28,860 nt of DNA from a virus (Duplodnaviria; Heunggongvirae; Uroviricota; Caudoviricetes), in IMG/VR virus record IMGVR_UViG_2547132417_000005. One strand, given 5' to 3'. Shown in pieces: positions 21,570 through 28,860 of the stretch. Each line of letters opens with the position of its first letter. Position 1 is the first letter of the stretch. The notes under the pieces were generated by a model that was given only the letters and a program-made list of their open reading frames with translations, made no database searches and was not told the origin of the DNA. The position numbers were made by a program, and so were the translations under genes.

Positions 21570-22313
21570 ATGACAGAGACAGAATCAGCGATTCTGGCGC
21601 ACGCCCGGCGATGTGCGCCAGCGGAGTCGTGCGGCTTCGTGGTGAGAACGCCGGAAGGGGAAAGATATTTTCCCTGCGTGAATATCTCCGGTGAGCCGGA
21701 GGCGTATTTCCGGATGTCGCCGGAGGACTGGCTGCGGGCAGAGATGCAGGGTGAGATTGTGGCGCTGGTCCACAGCCACCCCGGTGGTCTGCCCTGGCTG
21801 AGTGAGGCCGACCGGCGGCTGCAGGTGCAGAGTGATTTGCCGTGGTGGCTGGTCTGCCGGGGGGCGATTCATAAATTCCGCTGTGTGCCGCATCTCACCG
21901 GGCGGCGCTTTGAGCACGGGGTGACGGACTGTTACACGCTGTTCCGGGACGCTTACCATCTGGCGGGGATTGAGATGCCGGATTTTCATCGCGGGGATGA
22001 CTGGTGGCGTCACGGTCAGAATCTCTATCTGGATAATCTGGAGGCCACAGGGCTGTATCAGGTGCCGTTGTCATCAGCACAACCGGGCGATGTGCTGCTG
22101 TGCTGCTTTGGTTCATCGGTGCCGAATCATGCCGCCATTTACTGTGGTGATGGCGAGCTGCTGCACCATATTCCTGAACAACTGAGTAAACGAGAGAGGT
22201 ACACCGACAAATGGCAGCGACGCACACACTCCCTCTGGCGTCACCGGGCATGGCGCGCATCTGCCTTTACGGGGATTTACAACGATTTGGCCGCCGCATC
22301 GATCTGCGTGTGA
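21570..22313 (+). CDS. K: Tail tip assembly protein K (JAB/MPN-like and NlpC/P60-like domains)
   Basis: 247-aa ORF starting MTETESAILAHARRCAPAESCGFVV. Contains a JAMM-like HSHPGGLPWLSEAD motif and a Cys-containing C-terminal region (VTDCYTLF). The full ORF starts 6 nt after the L stop. Confidence 0.85.
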   Translation: MTETESAILAHARRCAPAESCGFVVRTPEGERYFPCVNISGEPEAYFRMSPEDWLRAEMQGEIVALVHSHPGGLPWLSEADRRLQVQSDLPWWLVCRGAIHKFRCVPHLTGRRFEHGVTDCYTLFRDAYHLAGIEMPDFHRGDDWWRHGQNLYLDNLEATGLYQVPLSSAQPGDVLLCCFGSSVPNHAAIYCGDGELLHHIPEQLSKRERYTDKWQRRTHSLWRHRAWRASAFTGIYNDLAAASICV

Positions 22314-22852
22314 AAACGGGGGCCGAAGCCATCCGGGCGCTGGCCATGCAGATCCCGGCGTTTCGTCAGAAACTGAGCGACGGCTGGTATCAGGTACGCA
22401 TTGCCGGGCGTGATACAGGTGAAACGGAATTATCAGCCCGTCTTAATGAACCGCTGGCAAATGGTGCTGTGATCCATATCGTGCCGCGTCTGGCGGGAGC
22501 CAAAAGTGGCGGTGTGTTTCAGGCTGTGCTGGGGGCGGCTGTTATGGCGGTTGCTATATGGATGCCGGGGGTAGGAATTATGGCGAGTAATCTGCTGTTT
22601 TCTCTCGGTGCCAGTATGACGCTTGGCGGTGTTGCACAGATGCTGGCCCCTAAACCCAAAACCCCCCGCACACAGACAACGGATAACGGCAAACAGAACA
22701 CCTATTTTTCTTCACTGGATAACATGGTTGCCCAGGGCAATGTTCTGCCTGTTCTGTACGGTGAAATGCGCGTGGGGTCACGCGTGGTTTCTCAGGAGAT
22801 CAGCACGGCAGACGAAGGGGATGGTGGTCAGGTTGTGGTGATTGGTCGCTGA
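22211..22852 (+). CDS. I: Tail tip assembly protein I
   Basis: 213-aa ORF overlapping the K 3' end by about 100 nt in another frame, as in lambda. Hydrophobic central segment. Confidence 0.85.
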   Translation: MAATHTLPLASPGMARICLYGDLQRFGRRIDLRVKTGAEAIRALAMQIPAFRQKLSDGWYQVRIAGRDTGETELSARLNEPLANGAVIHIVPRLAGAKSGGVFQAVLGAAVMAVAIWMPGVGIMASNLLFSLGASMTLGGVAQMLAPKPKTPRTQTTDNGKQNTYFSSLDNMVAQGNVLPVLYGEMRVGSRVVSQEISTADEGDGGQVVVIGR

Positions 22853-22912
22853 TGCAAAATGTTTTATGTGAAACCGCCTGCGGGCGGTTTTGTCGTTTAT
22901 GGAGCGTGAGGA

Positions 22913-25900
22913 ATGGGTAAAGGCAGCAGTAAGGGGCATACTCCGCGCGAAGCGAAGGACAACCTGAAGTCCACGCAGTTGCTGAGTGTGATTGATGCCA
23001 TCAGTGAAGGGCCGATTGAAGGTCCGGTGGATGGATTAAAAAGCGTGCTGCTGAACAGTACGCCAGTGCTGGACAGTGAGGGGAATACCAATATCTCCGG
23101 CGTCACGGTGGTGTTCCGGGCCGGTGAGCAGGAGCAGACACCGCCGGAGGGATTTGAATCCTCCGGCTCCGAGACGGTGCTGGGTACGGAAGTGAAATAC
23201 GACACGCCGATCACCCGGACCATCACGTCGGCAAACATTGACCGACTGCGTTTTACCTTCGGCGTGCAGGCACTGGTGGAAACCACCTCAAAGGGGGACC
23301 GGAATCCGTCGGAAGTTCGCCTGCTGGTTCAGATACAGCGTAATGGTGGCTGGGTGACGGAAAAAGACATCACCATTAAGGGCAAAACCACCTCGCAGTA
23401 TCTGGCCTCGGTGGTGGTGGATAACCTGCCGCCGCGCCCGTTTAATATCCGGATGCGCAGAATGACGCTGGACAGCACCACAGACCAGCTGCAGAACAAA
23501 ACGCTCTGGTCGTCATACACCGAAATCATCGATGTGAAACAGTGCTACCCGAACACGGCACTGGTCGGCGTGCAGGTGGACTCGGAACAGTTCGGCAGCC
23601 AGCAGGTGAGCCGTAATTATCATCTTCGCGGGCGCATTCTGCAGGTGCCGTCGAACTATAACCCGCAGACGCGGCAATACAGCGGTATCTGGGACGGAAC
23701 GTTTAAGCCAGCATACAGCAACAACATGGCCTGGTGTCTGTGGGATATGCTGACCCATCCGCGCTACGGCATGGGGAAACGTCTCGGTGCGGCGGATGTG
23801 GACAAATGGGCGCTGTATGTCATCGGCCAGAATTGTGACCAGTCGGTGCCGGACGGCTTTGGCGGTACGGAGCCGCGCATCACCTGTAATGCCTGGCTGA
23901 CCACACAGCGCAAGGCGTGGGATGTGCTCAGTGATTTCTGCTCGGCGATGCGCTGTATGCCGGTATGGAACGGGCAGACGCTGACGTTCGTGCAGGACCG
24001 ACCGTCGGATAAGGTGTGGACCTATAACCGCAGTAATGTGGTGATGCCGGATGATGGCGCGCCGTTCCGCTACAGCTTCAGCGCCCTGAAGGACCGCCAT
24101 AATGCCGTTGAGGTGAACTGGATTGACCCGAATAACGGCTGGGAGACGGCGACAGAGCTTGTGGAGGACACGCAGGCCATTGCCCGTTACGGTCGTAACG
24201 TCACGAAGATGGATGCTTTTGGCTGTACCAGCCGGGGGCAGGCACACCGCGCCGGGCTGTGGCTGATTAAAACGGAACTGCTGGAAACGCAGACCGTGGA
24301 CTTCAGCGTGGGTGCCGAAGGGCTTCGCCATGTACCGGGCGATGTCATTGAAATCTGCGATGATGACTATGCCGGTATCCGCACCGGCGGGCGCGTGCTG
24401 GCGGTAAACAGCCAGACCCGGACGCTGACGCTCGACCGTGAAATCACGCTGCCATCCTCCGGTACCACGCTGATAAGCCTGGTTGACGGAAGTGGCAATC
24501 CGGTCAGCGTGGAGGTTCAGTCCGTCACCGACGGCGTGAAGGTGAAAGTGAGCCGTGTTCCTGACGGCGTTGCCGGATACAGCGTATGGGGGCTGAAGCT
24601 GCCGACGCTGCGCCAGCGCCTGTTCCGCTGCGTGAGTATCCGTGAGAACGACGACGGCACGTATGCCATCACCGCCGTGCAGCATGTACCGGAAAAAGAA
24701 GCCATCGTGGATAACGGGGCGCACTTTGACGGCGACCAGAGCGGCACGGTGAATGGTGTCACGCCGCCAGCGGTGCAGCACCTGACCGCAGAAGTCACCG
24801 CAGACAGCGGGGAATACCAGGTGCTGGCCCGCTGGGACACGCCGAAGGTGGTGAAGGGCGTGAGCTTCCTGCTCCGTCTGACCGTAACAGCGGATGACGG
24901 CAGTGAGCGGCTGGTCAGCACGGCCCGGACGACGGAAACCACATACCGCTTCACGCAACTGGCGCTGGGGCGGTACACGCTGACAGTCCGGGCGGTAAAT
25001 GCGTGGGGACAGCAGGGCGATCCGGCGTCGGTATCGTTCCGGATTGCCGCACCGGCAGCACCGTCGAGGATTGAGCTGACGCCGGGCTATTTTCAGATAA
25101 CCGCCACGCCGCATCTTGCTGTTTATGACCCGACGGTACAGTTTGAGTTCTGGTTCTCGGAAAAGCGGATTACCGATATCAGGCAGGTTGAAACCAGCGC
25201 GCGTTATCTTGGTACGGCGCTGTACTGGATAGCCGCCAGTATCAATATCAAACCGGGCCATGATTATTATTTTTACGTTCGCAGTGTGAACACCGTTGGC
25301 AAATCGGCATTCGTGGAGGCTGTCGGTCAGCCGAGTGATGATGCATCAGGCTATCTGGATTTTTTCAAAGGCGAGATAGGGAAAACCCATCTGGCTCAGG
25401 AGCTGTGGACGCAGATTGATAACGGTCAGCTTGCGCCTGACCTGACTGAAATCAGGACGTCCATAACGGATGTCAGCAATGAAATAACACAGACCGTCAA
25501 TAAGAAACTGGAAGACCAGAGTGCAGCGATCCAGCAGATACAGAAGGTTCAGGTTGATACAAATAATAATCTGAACAGCATGTGGGCTGTGAAGCTGCAG
25601 CAGATGCAGGACGGACGCCTTTATATTGCGGGTATCGGTGCCGGTATTGAGAACACCCCTGACGGCATGCAGAGTCAGGTGCTGCTGGCGGCAGACAGGA
25701 TTGCGATGATTAATCCTGCAAATGGCAACACAAAACCGATGTTTGTTGGTCAGGGTGATCAGATATTCATGAACGACGTGTTCCTGAAACGCCTGACGGC
25801 CCCCACCATTACCAGCGGCGGTAATCCTCCGGCATTTTCCCTGACACCGGACGGGCGGCTGACGGCGAAAAATGCCGATATCAGCGGTAACGTGAATGCG

Positions 25901-26149
25901 AACTCCGGGACGCTCAACAACGTCACGATTAACGAGAACTGTCGGGTTCTGGGAAAATTGTCCGCCAACCAGATTGAAGGCGATCTCGTTAAAACAGTGG
26001 GCAAAGCTTTCCCCAAAAAAGTCGGTGCGTGGGAACGGTGGCCATCCGGTACGGTTACCGTCAGGGTTTGTGATGATCATCCGTTTGACCGGCAGATTGT
26101 TATTCCGGCGGTTATTTTTAACGGTATAGCCCAACAACGTCACGATTAA
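22913..26149 (+). CDS. J: Tail tip / host-specificity protein J, reading frame terminated prematurely at 26149
   Basis: 1078-aa ORF with GAGG upstream of ATG 22913, J-like throughout. It ends ...[48 protein letters not shown], where a duplicated segment shifts the frame. Confidence 0.85.
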   Translation: MGKGSSKGHTPREAKDNLKSTQLLSVIDAISEGPIEGPVDGLKSVLLNSTPVLDSEGNTNISGVTVVFRAGEQEQTPPEGFESSGSETVLGTEVKYDTPITRTITSANIDRLRFTFGVQALVETTSKGDRNPSEVRLLVQIQRNGGWVTEKDITIKGKTTSQYLASVVVDNLPPRPFNIRMRRMTLDSTTDQLQNKTLWSSYTEIIDVKQCYPNTALVGVQVDSEQFGSQQVSRNYHLRGRILQVPSNYNPQTRQYSGIWDGTFKPAYSNNMAWCLWDMLTHPRYGMGKRLGAADVDKWALYVIGQNCDQSVPDGFGGTEPRITCNAWLTTQRKAWDVLSDFCSAMRCMPVWNGQTLTFVQDRPSDKVWTYNRSNVVMPDDGAPFRYSFSALKDRHNAVEVNWIDPNNGWETATELVEDTQAIARYGRNVTKMDAFGCTSRGQAHRAGLWLIKTELLETQTVDFSVGAEGLRHVPGDVIEICDDDYAGIRTGGRVLAVNSQTRTLTLDREITLPSSGTTLISLVDGSGNPVSVEVQSVTDGVKVKVSRVPDGVAGYSVWGLKLPTLRQRLFRCVSIRENDDGTYAITAVQHVPEKEAIVDNGAHFDGDQSGTVNGVTPPAVQHLTAEVTADSGEYQVLARWDTPKVVKGVSFLLRLTVTADDGSERLVSTARTTETTYRFTQLALGRYTLTVRAVNAWGQQGDPASVSFRIAAPAAPSRIELTPGYFQITATPHLAVYDPTVQFEFWFSEKRITDIRQVETSARYLGTALYWIAASINIKPGHDYYFYVRSVNTVGKSAFVEAVGQPSDDASGYLDFFKGEIGKTHLAQELWTQIDNGQLAPDLTEIRTSITDVSNEITQTVNKKLEDQSAAIQQIQKVQVDTNNNLNSMWAVKLQQMQDGRLYIAGIGAGIENTPDGMQSQVLLAADRIAMINPANGNTKPMFVGQGDQIFMNDVFLKRLTAPTITSGGNPPAFSLTPDGRLTAKNADISGNVNANSGTLNNVTINENCRVLGKLSANQIEGDLVKTVGKAFPKKVGAWERWPSGTVTVRVCDDHPFDRQIVIPAVIFNGIAQQRHD

Positions 26150-26348
26150 CGAGAACTGTCGGGTTCTGGGAAAATTGTCCGCCAACCAGATTGAAGGCGA
26201 TCTCGTTAAAACAGTGGGCAAAGCTTTCCCCTGGGACTCCCGTGCACCGGAACGGTGGCCATCAGGGACCATCACCGTCAGGGTTTATGACGATCAGCCG
26301 TTTGACCGGCAGATTGTTATTCCGGCGGTGGCATTCAGCGGCGCTAAA
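25915..26348 (+). repeat. Imperfect tandem direct repeat (2 x about 217 bp) inside the J 3' region
   Basis: 25915-26014 is identical to 26132-26231 (100 bp). The next 117 bp of each copy are homologous but divergent (about 80 percent by eye). Unit length 217 is not a multiple of 3. Confidence 0.8.
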
Positions 26349-26609
26349 CATGAGCGGGAGAATAACGATATTTATTCGTCATGCCGCCTGATAGTACGGA
26401 AAAACGGTGCTGAAATTTATAACCGTACCGCGCTGGATAATACGCTGATTTACAGTGGTGTTATTGATATGCCAGCTGGTCGCGGCCACATGACGCTGGA
26501 GTTTTCGGTGTCATCATGGCTGGTAAATAACTGGTATCCCACAGCAAGTATCAGCGATTTGCTGGTTGTGGTGATGAAGAAAGCCACCGCAGGCATCAGT
26601 ATCAGCTGA
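26130..26609 (+). pseudogene. J: J C-terminal receptor-binding domain, out of frame with the J body
   Basis: Frame open from 26130 (just after an in-frame TAG) to 26609. Encodes ...[85 protein letters not shown]...[14 protein letters not shown], lambda gpJ C-terminus-like. No ATG or RBS; first in-frame alternative start is TTG at 26175. Confidence 0.6.
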
Positions 26610-26627
26610 ATTTTATAACCCATATAC

Positions 26628-26652
26628 GGGCGCCAGAAATGGCGCCTTTTTT
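26628..26652 (+). terminator. Rho-independent terminator downstream of J
   Basis: GGGCGCC-agaaat-GGCGCC followed by TTTTTT. Confidence 0.7.
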
Positions 26653-26676
26653 ATTGCAGAAAAGCGAGAGGTAATT

Positions 26677-27276
26677 ATGCGTAAAGTTTGTGCAGCCATT
26701 TTGTCCGCAGCCATCTGTCTGGCCGTATCCGGTGCGCCTGCATGGGCGTCTGAGCAGCAGGCCACGCTGAGCGCAGGGTATCTTCATGCCCGTACGAACG
26801 CTCCCGGCAGCGATAATCTGAACGGGATTAACGTGAAATACCGTTATGAGTTTACGGACACGCTGGGGCTGATTACGTCATTCAGTTATGCCAACGCTGA
26901 AGATGAGCAAAAAACGCATTACAGCGATACCCGCTGGCATGAAGATTCCGTTCGTAACCGCTGGTTCAGCGTAATGGCGGGGCCGTCTGTGCGCGTGAAT
27001 GAATGGTTCAGCGCGTATGCGATGGCGGGTGTAGCTTACAGCCGTGTGTCGACTTTCTCCGGGGATTATCTTCGCGTAACTGACAACAAGGGGAAAAAGC
27101 ACGATGTGCTGACCGGAAGTGATGACGGTCGCCACAGCAACACGTCTCTGGCGTGGGGGGCTGGCGTGCAGTTTAACCCGACCGAATCCGTGGCCATTGA
27201 TATTGCTTATGAAGGCTCCGGCAGTGGTGACTGGCGCACTGACGGTTTCATCGTGGGTGTCGGTTATAAATTCTGA
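26677..27276 (+). CDS. lom: Lom outer-membrane protein (Ail/OmpX/PagC family), lysogenic-conversion moron
   Basis: 199-aa product with signal peptide MRKVCAAILSAAICLAVSGAPAWA and C-terminal ...GVGYKF. GAGAGG upstream of the ATG. Flanked by terminators. Confidence 0.9.
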   Translation: MRKVCAAILSAAICLAVSGAPAWASEQQATLSAGYLHARTNAPGSDNLNGINVKYRYEFTDTLGLITSFSYANAEDEQKTHYSDTRWHEDSVRNRWFSVMAGPSVRVNEWFSAYAMAGVAYSRVSTFSGDYLRVTDNKGKKHDVLTGSDDGRHSNTSLAWGAGVQFNPTESVAIDIAYEGSGSGDWRTDGFIVGVGYKF

Positions 27277-27302
27277 TTAGCCAGGTAACACAGTGTTATG
27301 AC

Positions 27303-27329
27303 AGCCCGCCGGTTCAGGCGGGCTTTTTT
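27303..27329 (+). terminator. Rho-independent terminator downstream of lom
   Basis: AGCCCGCC-ggttca-GGCGGGCT followed by TTTTT. Confidence 0.7.
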
Positions 27330-27340
27330 GTGGGGTGAAT

Positions 27341-28860
27341 ATGGCAGTAAAGATTTCAGGTGTACTGAAAGACGGCACAGGAAAACCGGTACAGAACTGC
27401 ACAATCCAGCTGAAAGCAAAACGTAACAGCACCACGGTGGTGGTGAACACGCTGGCCTCAGAAAATCCGGATGAAGCCGGGCGTTACAGCATGGACGTTG
27501 AGTACGGTCAGTACAGCGTTATTCTGTTGGTGGAAGGATTCCCGCCGTCACATGCCGGGACCATCACCGTGTATGAAGATTCCCGACCCGGTACGCTGAA
27601 TGATTTTCTCGGTGCCATGACGGAGGATGATGCCCGTCCGGAGGCACTGCGCCGTTTTGAGCTGATGGTGGAAGAGGTGGCGCGTAACGCGTCCGCGGTG
27701 GCACAGAACACGGCAGCCGCGAAGAAGTCAGCCAGCGATGCCGGCACATCAGCCCGTGAGGCGGCAACCCATGCGACTGATGCTGCAGGCTCAGCACGTG
27801 CAGCCAGCACATCAGCCGGGCAGGCCGCGACGTCGGCTCAGTCAGCGTCTTCCAGCGCAGGAACGGCATCAACAAAGGCTACTGAAGCATCAAAAAGTGC
27901 TGCCGCTGCAGAGTCCTCAAAAAGCGCGGCGGCCACCAGTGCCGCTGCGGCGAAAACGTCAGAAACGAATGCCGCAGCGTCACAACAATCAGCAGCCACT
28001 TCAGCATCCACCGCGACCACGAAAGCGTCAGAAGCTGCCACCTCAGCCCGGGATGCGTCGGCTTCAAAAGAGGCGGCAAAATCATCAGAAACGAGCGCAG
28101 CCTCGAGCGCCAGCAGCGCAGCTTCCTCGGCAACGGCGACAGCAAATTCTGCGAAGGCGGCAAAAACGTCCGAGACGAACGCCAAGGCTTCTGAAACGGC
28201 AGCGGGACAGAGTGCCTCAGCTGCGGCAGGCTCAAAAACAGCGGCTGCGTCGTCTGCCAGTGCCGCGTCAACAAGTGCCGGGCAGGCCTCAGCCAGTGCC
28301 ACCGCCGCCGGAAAATCGGCAGAAAGTGCCGCATCGTCCGCTTCAACAGCCACAACGAAGGCTGGCGAAGCCGCTGTACAGGCCAGCGCAGCAGCGAGGT
28401 CTGCTTCCGCAGCGAAGACATCCGAAACGAATGCGAAAGCGTCGGAAACCCGTGCAGAATCCTCAAAAACGGCAGCCGCATCGTCCGCCAGTTCGGCAGC
28501 GTCATCGGCATCATCTGCGTCTGCTTCAAAAGATGAGGCGACCAGACAGGCGTCAGCAGCGAAGGGCAGCGCCACGACGGCATCCACGAAAGCAACAGAG
28601 GCGGCAGGCAGTGCGACGGCAGCATCTCAGAGCAAAACTGCTGCTGAATCCGCTGCGACCCGTGCGGAAGCTGCTGCTGATCGTGCTGAAGAGATTGCCG
28701 GTGCAGTTGCGATGGAAGACGCAAGCCTTACAACTAAAGGTGTTGTGAAACTTAGCAGTGCTGTTGATAGCACCAGTGAATCGCTGGCCGCAACGCCAAA
28801 AGCAGTTAAAGCAGCCAATGACAATGCGAATAGCAGGGTGCCATCTAACCGAAAAGTTAA
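27341..28860 (+). CDS. stf: Side tail fiber protein Stf, N-terminal 506 codons (3' end beyond the window)
   Basis: Starts MAVKISGVLKDGTGKPVQNCTIQLKAKRNSTTVVVNTLASENPDEAGRYSMDVEYGQYSVILLVEGFPPSHAGTITVYED..., followed by a long Ala/Ser/Thr-rich repetitive region. No stop before the window end, so it is absent from the ORF track. Confidence 0.85.
   Translation, partial: MAVKISGVLKDGTGKPVQNCTIQLKAKRNSTTVVVNTLASENPDEAGRYSMDVEYGQYSVILLVEGFPPSHAGTITVYEDSRPGTLNDFLGAMTEDDARPEALRRFELMVEEVARNASAVAQNTAAAKKSASDAGTSAREAATHATDAAGSARAASTSAGQAATSAQSASSSAGTASTKATEASKSAAAAESSKSAAATSAAAAKTSETNAAASQQSAATSASTATTKASEAATSARDASASKEAAKSSETSAASSASSAASSATATANSAKAAKTSETNAKASETAAGQSASAAAGSKTAAASSASAASTSAGQASASATAAGKSAESAASSASTATTKAGEAAVQASAAARSASAAKTSETNAKASETRAESSKTAAASSASSAASSASSASASKDEATRQASAAKGSATTASTKATEAAGSATAASQSKTAAESAATRAEAAADRAEEIAGAVAMEDASLTTKGVVKLSSAVDSTSESLAATPKAVKAANDNANSRVPSNRKV

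Noticed and set aside
23513-25261. 582-aa minus-strand ORF inside J
   Set aside because: Antisense to a well-supported J coding region; Arg/Pro-rich low-complexity translation typical of the reverse frame of GC-rich coding DNA; no RBS context.
25346-26275. 309-aa minus-strand ORF across the J 3' region
   Set aside because: Antisense to J and to the J C-terminal domain; spans the duplication; no recognisable domain.
27738-28748. 336-aa + strand ORF and overlapping minus-strand ORFs (27838-28587, 27879-28724, 27508-27875) within stf
   Set aside because: Alternative frames of the Ala/Ser-rich repetitive stf region; translations are Arg/Pro/Gln or Ala/Asp low-complexity; the stf frame (27341 onward) has the recognisable product.

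Overview
This window is a single lambdoid prophage segment from an enterobacterial (E. coli-like) chromosome, read in prophage order across an internal cos site. Order on the + strand: (1) the 3' end of an IS66-family element that abuts and truncates a phage Dam-like methyltransferase gene; (2) a nin-region/Q module of the phage 82/21/DLP12 type (ninE, small nin ORFs, rusA, ylcG, Q); (3) an OmpC/NmpC-family porin moron on the minus strand with an AT-rich upstream region; (4) a phage-21-type lysis cassette (dual-start pinholin, SAR endolysin, Rz with embedded Rz1); (5) an accessory cluster (KilA-N protein, DUF1398-like and DUF3950-like genes on the minus strand); (6) cos (cosN GGGCGGCGACCT at 7432-7443); (7) a lambda-type structural module that is collinear with phage lambda from Nu1 through stf (window ends inside stf). 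No rRNA, tRNA or CRISPR array was recognised. The most unusual feature is in J: a 217-bp imperfect direct duplication carrying a divergent allele segment stops the J reading frame at 26149 and leaves the C-terminal receptor-binding domain in another frame. I did not find a clearly novel multi-gene system; the best candidates for undescribed function are the accessory cluster between Rz and cos and the disrupted J. Gene identities rest on my reading of the translated ORFs and recalled similarity to lambda, phage 21/82 and DLP12 proteins; no database search was run.
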